Source: Eledone cirrhosa (Eukaryota). From it: a DNA stretch of 64,000 bases. Positions 24,366 to 39,379 of the stretch are shown in pieces. The DNA lies in the NCBI GenBank assembly GCA_964016885.1, contig OZ024740.1:295058001-295122000 (forward strand), in the 5' to 3' direction. Position numbers and translations under genes: made by a program. The notes under the pieces were generated by a model that did not search any database, had not been told where the DNA came from, and worked only from the letters and a program-made list of their open reading frames with translations. The stretch's first letter is position 1, and the number at the start of each line of letters is the position of its first letter.

Positions 24366-26307
24366 ACCTGAATATATTATATGAATCAGCGGTCCAGAAT
24401 GTTGTCTAACGAAAGAAAAATATCACCTTGACTGTATCTAAGAATGAAATATGGGTAATGTTGGGAGGACTCTAGTTACATTAGATATTTAAATAAAAGG
24501 CTCTGTTGATTGTACGAGAAAGATCATCTACTATACCGTCAGATATCATCCGAAATAACAGTTTTGAAGATTCTATTTCATATTAATTTGACTGATAATA
24601 TATAGGCAGGGTATTCAAAATATAACCAATTTTAGATTACTTAGAGAAAAAACATTTTTAGTTGAATTCATTAGACAATATAATTTCTATCGATAAATCT
24701 ATAATTCCTTAGTTTGAACATTTCTTTACCAAGTAATTCATGAAAGGAGAATCCATTAAATTTGGGTTCAAGAATTGGATTTGTTCCTCTACTAGTTATA
24801 CGTATGCTTTCGATCATTCAGTTATTGGAAATTAGTATTTGTACATCACGAACTAGCCAAAACAAACTTCGAGGTTGTAGCATTAAAAAAGAATACAAAA
24901 GAACGTAGTGAAATTGCTTCGAGAGCCATGGTACACAATAAAATGTTCATCTGAGCAACAAAATACGTTCGTTCAATAAAACAGTTTTCCTAGGAAAAAC
25001 GTGACTATGTCCAAGTCTAGCAACCAGGATTTAAAAAAAAGTGGTTGGGGGATCAGTGTTCATTTACTTCTTTAATGTAAATGTAGTGAATGTCTGGCTA
25101 CTTTGGAAAAGTCAAAGAACAATACAGACTCTCTTCTATAGATTCAACAACGTTTAGCAATAGCGACTCTGAAGAGTTACGATTCTGCATTCTCAAGGAA
25201 AACATCCACCTTCAATACAACCCGTTATTCTATATGACGGCTTCAATCACTGGTTATTCTCAACAAATCAACGAAGATGTGGATATTGCACTCATAAATC
25301 CACATGGTTGATGTTGGACTTCATCCCAAATATCAAGAAGCTTGTTGGGTACTAAAATAAAAGTTTGCCAATAAATCTTTTTTCTTTATTTCTGAATACA
25401 TTTACTCAATAAATTTTGTTTTTATTTCAAGCGTACTTTTTTTTCAGACGGCATAGCGTTCTAAATATGGGACACTTTGTAAGTAAAATTCTACCAACAT
25501 TTAAACATTAAAAGTTTGAATTCTGTTGTAGATGCAAGATAACCATTCCACACACAAAATGTTATTGAAAAATAATTAAAACTAAACATTATACACGAGT
25601 GGGCTAATACAATCTTTTTGTTAAATCATCTTTTACAATCCTGCAACTGTAACCGACATTTTCCTGTCTAATTAAATGTTATTAACCCTAAAGTCAGCCA
25701 TTTTGAATAATTGAAAATATAATGTAAACTATGATTTAAAACCTATTTAAATTACAAAATATAGTTTATATTCTAAATTCGAAGTAATAAAATATAGTTT
25801 AAAATCTCTTTTGAAATACACTTGTTAATTATTCAATGACATTATATCGAAGACAGAAGTTAAATTATTTAAAATTAGAATATAGAAATCACGAAATAGT
25901 TTACTATTGTCATTCAGGTAGCTAATAGAATGTTCTGATGTACTTTTATTGAATTATATTGAAACAAGAAAATAAAAAATAATAATAGAAGACTAGAAAG
26001 AACGTACATTATGAAGGAAGTAGCGGTATAAAACGGGAATTATTGGAATATTGATAGAGTTAACAAAGACTATTATTTTTTTAACAATGTGCGATAAAAA
26101 TGTAAAATAAACATACTATTCACAGCACATTTATATATTCTTTTCTCAAACTAAATTAAATTAGACATGAAAATATTCCAATTAAGCATGAAATTTTTTC
26201 AGGTATTAGGAAAAAATATACAAATATTGTCAAAGAAAGCTCTGAATTGCATAAATTTCATTGCTTACAACAAAAGCTATATGAGGTTTGTATATAATAT
26301 ATATAAT

Positions 26308-26497
26308 TGTTTCTACTTTTGGCACAAGGCCAGCAATTATCCCAGTGCATTACTGGTACTTTATTTTATCGACCTCGTAAGGATGAAAGGCAAAGTTAAC
26401 GACGGCGGGATTTGAACTCAGACCGTAAAGGGACGTAACTCTATGCTGTAAAGCATAGCATTCGATCCTCTACCGATACTGCCAATCCACCTCCCCG
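26308..26497 (-). mobile_element. Meta-like tRNA-SINE with 23-bp TSD
   Basis: GGTTTGTATATAATATATATAAT at 26285-26307 and 26498-26520. Confidence 0.9.
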
Positions 26498-27768
26498 GGT
26501 TTGTATATAATATATATAATAATACCAAAACAATCGTTATATCAAAGACTTCGACTTATTTTTCATTGGAAATAGAAAACAAATATTATACGAATATTTA
26601 AAATATTTAATGGGATATATGACACATTGAAGCGATATAGTATATTCCTTTATCCTGCTTAACACCGGCACATGGCTTTTTGGGTACTTTTAACGGAACC
26701 CACTCGATTATAAGTATTCGAACCAGATTTCTATTCGGAAAATACAATCCTCCCTTGTCCTGACCAATCTCGCAGGATCTGAAAAGGATCATGGACTATG
26801 CTCTTCTTCTTCTGACCAATGTCTCCCATAAAGCCGTTTGCATAAAACAGGAACAATAACATATCTTTTATTCTTAGGGGTTTTCTGTGTTGAAAATGTT
26901 AATTAAATATCGCATACGGAAATGTGAAAGAAGGAGACTAACTAACTAAAGAAACCCACATTCTATAGGATTCATAACTGAGAGTACATCATAAGGGGGT
27001 GTCTTCAAATGTTGTTGACTGATTATATACCAAGTATATTTATAAAGAACCACTTGTATAATTTCCACCAAAATTATAGCATAATAATACAGATTTTTAA
27101 AATTTGTAGAATAATTATCCAAATAAAAGGATACTTTCAGATATGGACAAGTTAGTCATTATCCACATTTTTCTGAGATACAATCATAAGAGAAAGAAAT
27201 TTAGATTAAAACTGACTATGACTGCTTGTGAAAATCTAACATGCAAGAAATATAATACCCTGGGACTACACAAAGTACTGCCTACATTCACATGTACATA
27301 AATAAATGACTGTGTTCTGTGGAAAAAGGTGCGTTAAAAGAAGATAATGCTGGGCTTGTTTTAGGTGGTAGATCGATAGTAACATTATAAAAATGTAAAC
27401 TTTTTGAATATGAAATCAAAGAGGAAAAAAGTAAATAAAACAATCTATTAAAGAAAATATAATTATGTAAATACAATTATAAAATAAAATAAAACTCATA
27501 TGTAAGGATTGCACAAAAATAAATGCAATGTTGATATCGTAACCGTGTGGGTAATAAACCGAAATCTGAAAACAAAAGGATTTATAATAGTTGAAACACT
27601 CAACACATAAGTAAACGCCTATCACGGTCAATGTTATCATGAAGGATTGAAGTTGAGAGAAATACAGATTTCGGATCTCTAGAGAACGTAAATATGCGCA
27701 GACTTGTGAAAGTTTTAAAATTGTACGAAGCAAATATTTGGTACTACATTCATTCATTATAATGTTAC

Positions 27769-27865
27769 GAGGTTAACTTTGCCTTTCATCCTTACGGGGT
27801 CGATAAAATAAAGTACCAGTAATGCACTGGGTAAATTGCTGGCCTTGTGCCAAAAAGAAGAAACA
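27769..27865 (+). mobile_element. 5'-truncated Meta-like SINE with 13-bp TSD
   Basis: ATTATAATGTTAC on both sides. Confidence 0.85.
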
Positions 27866-28176
27866 ATTATAATGTTACTTTCCTAAAATGAACAGAAATA
27901 AATAAAGAAAATTACAATGGAAAACTACGAAAACTATTTTTCATATATAAACTTTAATTATGAAAGAACATTCTATACAAGCTTGTTTGGGGGATATTGT
28001 AGGACAGAAACTTTGAATAAAATACATAAGTGACTTATCCAGAAAGCTATGAGAAAGGATATAAAAAATAACACACACAGGCATAAACACAGGCACATAG
28101 ACACACACACACATACATATATACACACATACACACAGACACATACACAGACACACACACGCATACACATACACAC

Positions 28177-28212
<36 letters not shown>

Positions 28213-29359
28213 ACACACACACACACACACATACACAGGTTTGGAAATACAAACAGCAAAAGATAGACAAACACTTTCGGTTCAATAAAAAAATGCATGG
28301 ATGATATAAACTAGAAGTGGAGGAGGTGGCTTGTCATTAAGTAATCATAAATATGGCTTAATAATATCAAATAATTCTAAGAGAATATAAGGATATTGTG
28401 ATGGGCATACCTTTTGAAAAGTCATTAATCGCATCAGTAAAATGAAATTGTTTAGACGATGAATATTGCAGTTGTTTGATCAACAGAACAGCCTGCTCAT
28501 GAGATAAACATGTAAGTGGCAAATCCTTACATAGCCACGTGAACCCTTAATATAATTCTCACAGAGATTGAGCGTGATACTGTATGACATGGCTGACCCT
28601 TTGAATTATTGGCACAGTCCATTCGACGAACTTCTAGTTTCACACAAAAGGCATGGATCGAAACGTGGCTATGATGACATTTGTCCAAAATGTCAAGTAG
28701 TGGCATCGAACCTGGGACCCAATAATTGCGAAACTAACTTCTTAACCATTTGACTATGCTGCGTCCACAACATTACTATACTAAACAATGGCGACAACAG
28801 CATCTGCTGCAATAAAAGAAAGTAACAATGATCCCAATTTAGTATACATATTAAAAGTTATAAACCCTAGAACTTCAAAAATGTGGTTTTTGACCTGGCA
28901 TGGGCAATTGTTTTTCAAGCAACGAGTTGCGTGAAATATGGCAGATCCTAAACTATAGAGTGGTGGATTATAGACATAGGCTGTAGGGTAGCATATCATA
29001 AGTGTGCTATTCAGAAAGCTAAACAGACCGCAGTTTGTCCGTATTGGTCTAGATCAAATAAATGGAAAAAAGAAAGTGTAATAAAGTATATTCCATGATT
29101 AACTGTTCGGAAGGAGATCTGATTGACTGTACAAGAAATTCAAGGGGCCAGTCGTGTCACACACTGTGTCATACCGATTCTCTGAGAAGTTTGTTATCAT
29201 ATACGTGTATGTCTAGATGTCTACACGGAATAAAATGGCGACATTAAAGAAGAGTCTGCAGTTATCAAACAAGCAATAGACTACAATAACTTCCCACCAT
29301 TAACTATATAATAATCTAACAAACAGTTTCTATATATATATATGTATATGTCTATATAG

Positions 29360-29442
<83 letters not shown>

Positions 29443-29480
29443 TATATATATATATATACATACACACATACATACATACT

Positions 29481-29518
<38 letters not shown>

Positions 29519-30381
29519 TTGTCTATATAAATACACACACATATATACATACATATGTATATTATATATATATGTCTATATAAATACACACATACATATA
29601 TATATACATACACACACACACATATATATATTAACGATTAAACAAGAGAAGAATTTGAGAGAGAGAGAGAAAGAAACAAAGAAAGCGAGAGATAGATAGA
29701 TAGATAGATAGCTATATATATAGAGAGAGAGAAAGAGCAAACAAATTGGTAGACATTAAGTTAAATAAGAAATAAGAAAAAAAAAATAAGGAAACGAAAT
29801 ATTTAAAAGAAATCAGAATATTGGAACCAATTTGAAGACAATTGTTAGGAGCTTACCTTTGAGTAGCAACGTTACTGACTAAATGACTGATGGATTTTCT
29901 GATCCGCTGTTTAATAGCTGTTCTTCCTCCTCTACTTTCATACACGTGTATAACCGATTTTACATGAATATTAATGAGCTTACTCTTTTGCTAGTCTTTC
30001 AAACTTCATATCACAATTATTTTGACACCTTTATTATTATTATTGGCATATTTGCTTTTTTTTTTTGCTTTTTTTTTTTTTTTTTGTTTTTTCATATTGA
30101 CGTTTAGTATCCCCCTCCTCTCTCTCTCTCTCTTTCTCTTTCTCTGAAGCTATCTATCTTAACCCACCATTCCGCCACCCACTCTTCCTCCCCCTCCGCC
30201 TCCTCCCCCGCATCATCATCATCATCATCACCATCATTGTTATCCTCATTTTCGTCGTCATTAATCGTCGTCATCGTCACCACCACCACCACCACCACCA
30301 CAACCTTCACCCCCCACCCACCAGCACACCTTTCTCTTCCTTTCTTTCCATGGCTCTTTCGTTAACACCTCCTCTCTCTCT

Positions 30382-30431
<50 letters not shown>

Positions 30432-30463
30432 TATATCTGTCTATTTATCTGTCTGCTTGTCAG

Positions 30464-30494
<31 letters not shown>

Positions 30495-32517
30495 TCCCCC
30501 ACTCTCCATCTATCTACCTATCTATCTCTCTACCCATCTCTCTGCCCAGCTATCGTTTCCATGTATTTCTTTTGCTGCATATAGGGCTTCTTGATCAACG
30601 ATAATGTATAATCAAGGATAATGTATAATCAATAACAAACGAGGGAGGAGATTCTAAAAGTATTTACTCCTACGTATTTTATTATAATTTATGGAACGAT
30701 ATCAGCACAACCCCTATAGTTTATCAATCATGGTATATTACTAATATGACGATATGGTAATTGGATTATACCAACCCATTATACACTCTAGAGAACTATT
30801 AAATTACTACTTTTGTTATATTAATAAAAGGAGACTTGAAATATTAATGAAAATAATAAAAAAAAACAAACCTTTCTTGAATTCTCAAATTAGTTGTAAA
30901 AGAAAAAAATAGCAGACATGTCTTTCAAAATTCTTGTGATACTGACAGGTATTATTTAAATAGTCTTTATTCGAAACAAATTTTATATCAACTGTTTCGG
31001 GAACGGATCAATATAACATCCAATATAGAGCTAGAGGGTGTGTATGAATTTATCTCTTCAAAGGTGACTCTCACTTTTTCAAGCATGTATCCTTCTGAGG
31101 AAGGTGGTGAATTGGCAGAGTGGTTATAGTGTCGGATTAAAAAGGTTTCGGGGTTTGTTCCGGCTCACTTTGCTCTTAATGCAAATCCTGCCGCGATCAA
31201 ATTTGCTTTTCATGCTTTTGAGGTTGATAAATAAATACAACTCCAGAACTAGGGTCGATTCTTCCCCCTCTCTCTCTTTCTTTTTCTCTATTTCTCTCTC
31301 GCTTTTTCTATTAAGAATCAGCTGTGTTCAGACCTGGAGAGAAATGGAATCCGCCATGTTTAAAATATCCCGAAGACAAACCATGTGTCATGACAGAGTA
31401 CCTACGACTCTATCAAGTGTTGTGGGTCCATGTCATGCCATATCATTCAGCTGAGTATATCGTAACTAGAATGATATGCTTTTGCCACGAAGAAATTAAT
31501 ATTTAAGTACGAAATAATTATTTCTTCTAATTTAGACACAAAGCGAGGGAAAAGACGATTGTATCATTCTCAGTACTTTACTGGTACTTTATTATTATCG
31601 AACCTAGAGGGATGAAAGGCAAAGTGGATCTTAGCGGGTTTTGAACTCAGAACGTAACAAGCCATAATTAAATGGCACAAAGCATTTTGTTCGACGCACT
31701 AATGATTCTGCCAAATAACGGTTTCTTATATAGGCACAAGGCCAGCAATTTTGAGGGAGGGAAAAGTCGATTAAACCGACTCCAGTGCGTGACTGGTACT
31801 TTATTTTATCGACTAAAATGCAAAGTTAACCTCAGCGGGATTTGAACTTAGAACGTAAAGGACGATAATTAAATGACACAAAGCATTTTGTTCGACGCAC
31901 TAATCATTTTGCCAAATAATAAAAGAGGGCGAACGATGTCTACAACTTTATAGGGATTCCTGCAGGATGCTTTTTCCCTCTGTTGGGGAAATCACGAACA
32001 CCAGCTAAACCTATTTCCTCGCTTTTGTAAATATCAGACCTTTTGTATCAGTACAAAATCAATAGGCAAAGGCATAGAGCCCTTAGCCCCCGGCGGTATC
32101 GTAAGGGCGTCATTTTTCCACATAGCGTGTCTTGGGGATTTTAAAACCTGGCGGAGCCCATCCTTCTTCAGGTCGGAACATAGTCGACGTCCTTCAGAAA
32201 AAAAAGGAGAGAGAGAGAGAGACAGAGAGAAAGACACACACACATACATACATATATATATATATAAAGAATGAATATATAAAGAATGAATAATAACAGG
32301 TAGACATCATAAAAAGGAAGAGAGAAAGAAGGGGAGAGGGAGAGAGAGAGAGAGAGATATGTAGGGGTTGGAGAAATGGGAGAGAGTGGTTTGACTATAT
32401 CAACACAATGCCTATGGTTGTCACTTTGATAGTAATCAGTATAATAAAACCCCTACCACAACATTTTGATTAAGCTATCTGTATTCTTCAAACCACTCTC
32501 TCCCATTCCTCCAACCC

Positions 32518-32598
<81 letters not shown>

Positions 32599-33011
32599 TC
32601 ACCTTCTTTCTCTGTTCCCTTTCTACTCTATCTTCCACAATAACTTCCTTTAAGAAATACAAGTGTATTTACATTTTAACCATTCTGCTCTGAGGAAACG
32701 GTAGAAGGAGCATTTGAAAATTGAGTTTCTGCAAACTAATAATTACCAATTTGCACATAGCATGACTAGGCTGTATAACTACTGTTGAAACATTTGTAAG
32801 CACTCGGAATAAATTACCTTCTTATGATGTCTACCTGTTATTATTCATTCTTTATCTACACTCCGGAATACAGAAGGATCAGAAACTGAGTTTCTTCAAC
32901 TATTCTTCCATAACTCGTTGAGTAACCCGTCATCGTACGTCAACTTTATCTAGTGTAGTAATTAACCATTACTGCATTCAGGATAATCCTAAGCAATTCT
33001 TGCATAACCTA

Positions 33012-33187
<176 letters not shown>

Positions 33188-33259
33188 CACTATCCAGGAA
33201 AAACATGAACCGTTAAGATCTCCTTCCTGGATATGTCAATATTTATGAAACAAACTTTG

Positions 33260-33320
33260 TATTTTATCTGATGAGAGCGTAGCAAAGTTTTGGTACCCTT
33301 GAAATATATATAATAGAATA
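33260..33320 (+). ncRNA. Type-I hammerhead ribozyme (Penelope pLTR type)
   Basis: TATTTTAT-CTGATGA-stem II-GAAA-TATATA-TA-ATAGAATA; stem I pairs, core intact. Confidence 0.75.
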
Positions 33321-33457
33321 AATATGGTTTTATAAATATAGTTTCCATTTAGTTAATATCATTGATATTATACTCCAGAAAACTTGTTGAGTGCTTTGAA
33401 TCAGTTATAAACATATATATTTGTTGAATTACCAACAAATTAAATATCCCTTTTGCT

Positions 33458-33495
<38 letters not shown>

Positions 33496-35608
33496 AAGGG
33501 AGAAATTTAGAACAAATACCGAGGTATTTCGAATCTGACGCCTTAACGACTTCACCAATTCCATTGTGTACTACCATAGTGGAAAATGTCAATATCATCT
33601 GCAATTATCTAAATTGTCTTCCAGGATTGTTAATGGCTTAATCAGAAAAGGACGTGCAGGACATATGAGGCTGGTGTTATCTTCAATCTATAAATGGGAC
33701 ACCTGGTCTAAATACTTGCAACCGAATGCATTCAAGAGTCGTGTTGTAGTATTAAACCAGGCAGCGAATTAACACTACTATTCAAGAAGAGTAGGAATCT
33801 CTCCAACAGGTTTCTGCATAGCTTTCGTCTACCAAAGCTCGCTGAAGCTATGGTTGAAGACAATTTACCAACATGCTGCGCAGTGAAAATCAAATCCGAA
33901 CCCCCAGAGATTGTGAAACTAATTTCTTAACCACTCAGCGACATCTGCGCATTTTGAAATTGTAAGAAAGCTTATAGTTTTTTTTTTATCAGCTAATCTG
34001 GAGGAACACTCTGCCCGTAACTCTTCTCAGGGCCTTCGAGACTTGTGACAGAGAAGGAAGAATCTTATTTCTAATCGAAGGCTTTGTAAAAATGATTGTA
34101 ATAGAGTGAATTCCGGTAGAGATCCCCAAGAGCCAGATGGTAGAGGGAAATCGGACAGCTGATTAGGCCACGGCTAGATTTGACCTCAGAAAGCAAATTG
34201 ACGGAAAAATACCACTAAAATTTTCAGATTAAATAGTATCGTCAATCAAATATCTATATAAACCCGGCGATATAAACAAAATTACCCCAACTGCCATTAT
34301 GCTATTACAGAAAGGCCTCATACTCTCCACTTACGACATATATAGCGCAAATATAGCAAAAACAGATGGTATGTAGAGGAACTACAACAACTTCATTAAA
34401 AATATAGCAGCATAGATTCAGCTTGCACATACACGATAGTTATATTCTGTTATATCCTAGAAAACGCAAATGAACACCAAAACAGTGTATTCTAGAAGTT
34501 TATAAATTTGTTTGGGTATTTCAAACTTGGCATACCTCTCTCTAGGTATGAACACAGCCGATTTCTTTCAGAGGAGAGAAAGAGTGATAGAGAGCAAGTG
34601 AGAAAGAGATATATAGGAAGAATCGACATCAGTATTACACTGGTACTTAATCATAGACCTTGAAAGTTGACTTTAGCGGGATTTACAATCAGGGCGCTGA
34701 GAGCCGGAATGAATACTGCAAAACCTTCTAAATGTATAGAAAATGGAGAAATAGCAAACAAACTACTAGCCTAAATTTTGTGAATGATATTATAGTTGTA
34801 ACTCAAAGTGAGTTTACAAGTACTTTTACAAACCAAGCATCCATTGTTTGAGAAATGCAATTAAAATTTCTACAGATCCGTATGTTGAATGAACATCTTC
34901 CCTTACCGCGAGATTGGCAAAATCATCAATGGAAAGATGTCGCTTTTGGAAAGCTGGAAGATTTAGAAGTTTCTTACAGGCACTGGCGGACTGGATCTAA
35001 AAATATTGGTTGTCAGGAGATAAAGGGGGTCCGCTCATATATAGAATGCTATTATTTAATTTACATTTAAAAACAACACATAAGTGAAAACAAAACTGGA
35101 ATCAAATTTTTGCGGAAAAAAATTTGTATTTTTTACTAATTATAGTGTATATATACTGTACATATTACTGGCAGTATACAGTAATACTAAATGTTAATAC
35201 ATAATGTTATAATTGAATTTTTAAATAATTGTGCCTGTATAGTATACTGTTATTTAAAGTAGAGTATGCAAATGACCGTTTTTACCTTTTCCAATAAAAG
35301 ATATAAAATAACTTTCGAAATATACATATCCAGAGACTTTCAATACTCACTCAATATATATATCTAGGAGTGTGTGTATGTGTGTACATGTACATGTGTA
35401 TATATAGATTTACACACACACACGCACACAGACGCACACACATATATATTTGTATACATATATGTTTTCAACTTGTGCTAAAATTAATTGGCAACTCATT
35501 CTTCTTTGGGACTTTACACTGAAGAACTGACCACTAATTGATTCTACATATGCCTTTAACCCATTGACGTCAAAAAGTACTTGGCCAGCAACTCGTGTGT
35601 ATGTGTAA

Positions 35609-35662
<54 letters not shown>

Positions 35663-35721
35663 CAAGGCTCTGATACCATCAACACAATACACACAGAGCT
35701 GGCATATCTAAGAACTGACTA

Positions 35722-35777
35722 ACTGCCTGATGAGGTCATAGCCATTCAATGGCTATCATCGAAATATATATAGCAGT
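35722..35777 (+). ncRNA. Type-I hammerhead ribozyme
   Basis: ACTGC-CTGATGA-GGTCATAGCCAT(TCA)ATGGCTATCATC-GAAA-TATATA-TA-GCAGT, followed by AATAAA; unit bounded by (TA)n. Confidence 0.85.
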
Positions 35778-35884
35778 AAATAAAGGATTATGAGTTCATG
35801 CAATTGACTTATGTTTCGTCACTATATATATATATATAAGGATAAGGAACAAGGATTCAGTGTTGCATCATAACATATTTAATA

Positions 35885-35976
35885 ACATATTACATATGTT
35901 TCTCTATCGATCAGCTCGAGGCAAGATCTATTATAGATCGGACCTGACTCTGTAACCGACAGGTCGTCAGATATGC
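35885..35976 (-). ncRNA. Type-I hammerhead ribozyme with extended stem II
   Basis: GCATAT-CTGACGA-[~60-nt long hairpin]-GAAA-CATATG-TA-ATATGT. Confidence 0.75.
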
Positions 35977-36081
35977 TTAGTATATGAGTTCGTCTCCTTA
36001 TAGTATTATACTCTGCTCTACGCGAACATGAAGTGCTCAACCAACATACCGCCTACGGACGCATTTTTCATGCAACCATAC

Positions 36082-36166
<85 letters not shown>

Positions 36167-36379
36167 TATATGCATGTGTGTCCATGTATGTATACATGCA
36201 TGAATGAATTCAGTAGTGTATACATTTAGACAACCAGTTATTTTAACTGGTTATATTTTGGTTTCTATTAATTCCATAGGGAATTGTTTGAACAAATGCT
36301 TTGCTTATTTGTTTATTTATTTAAAAAAAAATATTTATTCTTTCTATGAGAAATTGTTTTAAAGATATGTTTTGAAAGC

Positions 36380-36487
36380 AAAGAATTGGCCCCTAAAATA
36401 CTACAGTGGGTACTTGCAATGCTACAGTGGGCTCTCTGAGGTCCACTTGCCATTGGACAACCTGGCAACCTGGCCTGTCCGCCACTG
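36380..36487 (-). mobile_element. Possible solitary hAT-type terminus
   Basis: minus strand begins CAGTGGCGGA..., resembling the hAT TIR at 46384; partner end not found. Confidence 0.3.
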
Positions 36488-39241
36488 CTAACATGTACTT
36501 GTGTAGACATGAAACATGGCTGAAATATGCCAATAAAGAAATCAGATTCAAGATTTTGCATGTAAGAGAATTCAGAACTATGAGCATGTTATAAACAGAT
36601 CTTCGTAAATCAAATACCAGAATGGGAACTCGCGTGCCTTCAGTAATCGGAGGCTTTGAAATGGAAATGTGGCAAAATAAGTAAAGACAGATTAAAGCTG
36701 ACAAGCAGAAATGTGATGGAGATGGATTTTCAATACAGAAAAAAAAAAAAATGAAATGTAGCGTAAAATATGATACAGAGTAGAAGTAGATGAAAAGGCT
36801 GATTTGCATAGAGTAGATTAAGGGTTATTATAGCTACATAAGGATGCCATATTTTCAGCTGAGAAGATCTTGAACCGTTTGCCCAGCTGTAGACTTTGGA
36901 ATATTCTATGATAGATGATTTCATTATAATATTATCAGTGGATAGAATTTGATTGCGTATTTTCAATGAACAGGTTTTTTTTTTAATTGTAATTTGGGAT
37001 TTAGACAGTGAAAATTTTATAAATTTATCTGATAAACAAGAGAGAAAAAGAAAGAGAAGAAATAGCGGGACGGGAAAAACATAAAAAAAACAAGAAAGAA
37101 GAAGGGGAGCGTCTCTACACCCTTGACTAGGTGGTACATTCCAATTGCGCCCCGTCGACAAGATGGTGAAAGCCTTCTCGTGAAGAACAGCCAGCGACAT
37201 CCGCAGCACCAGCCATCACACCTCACGGGCTCCTTCTTCAAGTGAGATTAACTCATCTCGATTTTGCGGAGTCAGAACCGAGGACATCAGTGGTCTCGAT
37301 AACAACCGGCACAAAAAAAGTGGTGGGATTTTAATTTAGTGTATTTGAAATTACAATTGAATCTAGCTGCCATATTACTTATGTGTTGAGAACGATGTCT
37401 CAATTTGTCACACATGTTGAACAATAAGAGACCAAATATTCACGTTTCCAATTATTCCCCCTATTCACAGAAAATCAAGACATTATTGTCATGCATTTCA
37501 GAGTTTAACCAACCCGATGATTCCATATACAAAGGAACATTACTATAGCAGCACTATATATGTTATACAGATTATAGGAAATACCTAGACTGGTCAGGAA
37601 ATACCTAAACTGGATAATGTGTATGATTTACATATGTTTGGCGACGTAATTAAATATATAATAAACATTTATAGAACACAGCGTATATTTGAAGGTCCTG
37701 GTTTCTAATCCTACATTTGTCTCTGTAAATAGTTATTTCTCCAAAGTTACTCAAACATTTAATCCAATATATCATTTGTACATATATACTGAATATTCAT
37801 GTAATAATATCTAAAGTCTAAAGACTATCTCGAGCCCGGAGGCTTCCCAAATCGGTGCTTATCCGGTTTTCTGTGGCGTTAAGCAATTGAGAGTACAAAA
37901 CTGTCCCCCGGACACAACGCCAGTCCATCGCAGGGTTAAACCTCTAGCTATTGCTGGTACCCATTTTCAGATGAATATACTGGAGCAACGTGAAATGAAG
38001 TATTTTGTTCAAGAATACAATATACAACCCAGTGGAGGAATTAAATCCACGACATTATGATCATAAGTCCAACACCCTTACCACTACTACATCCTAGAAA
38101 TAAATTATTAAAATAGCATTCTTATTTTTAATTACTTCCACTTTTCAGTAATCAACATAAACTGCAGGTTTTTTTAAATGCAAACAGTTAATTTATCAAA
38201 ACGAAAATTTCCAAGTTTGTATGATTATTCATTTATCCAGTAGTTATAATCAAATGTTTTAACAAAGTAAAAAGTGAAACACTGCGTTTCGACATTGTAA
38301 AAATTTACCCATTGACTATATGTATGTAATAAATTTACTATCACTGGCAATATTGAGATTGATATAAAATACTGTACAGTGATAACAGGTTAGCAATCAC
38401 TCATCACATGAATAACCAATATTTGGATAGGTTTAGATAGACCCTTATAGACTATTAGAAATTTCAAATAAAAATTACCTTAGTTTAAGTCTTACAACTT
38501 ATAAATACAGAAAATCAAACGAAAACATACTATATATTATTTTAATAGAATCTGTACTCAATTACCTGTCATCATAAAACAATCTAGTCAGAAATATTAT
38601 AAAGAGAATATCAAACTTCACTCCCCGGTAGATATATTTAAATATACTGTACACTACTACAATAATGCTCTGAAGAAAAGCCAATTCAAAAATAAATTGA
38701 AATATACACAAGATGCAGAAATTAACAGAATAACAGCTCTGGAGAAACAAACATTGTCTGGCTATATGCATTTCTTTGGAATTCTATAGCGATTATCCAT
38801 AAATACCATAGGTTGCTGGATATAATGGTTTAAAAGTTAAACAAAATTGTTAAGAAAACATAGGTACTCTGATAGCTCGAAGCGATTAAACTAGCTCCAC
38901 ACACAGTATTTAATGAATATCTTTACCATAATTGAACTACAATCACTGAGAGTGACGCTCAAAGAAAAGGGAGGTAATTTCAAGAAATCAAGAATTAATC
39001 TCTCAAAATTAATTTATATGCTAAGGGAAGAATTTAGACTTTGCATGCAAGGGACAACTATAGATACGTTTCAATCTTATTGAATCTCATCATAGTAGTA
39101 TAGTCTACTGAAGTTTTGGCATATAGAGCAATTTCTCTACGGCCATTTTATTTCTTAATTACACACACACGCGCACACGTACACACACACGCACACACAC
39201 ATATACACACATATATATATATATATTACACACACACACAC

Positions 39242-39379
<138 letters not shown>

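Noticed and set aside
25090-26900. Short ORFs in unique DNA as host exons
   Set aside because: No recognisable domains, and frames close quickly on both strands
36400-36490. Possible miRNA hairpin
   Set aside because: No recognisable mature miRNA or long hairpin; better explained as a hAT-like terminus
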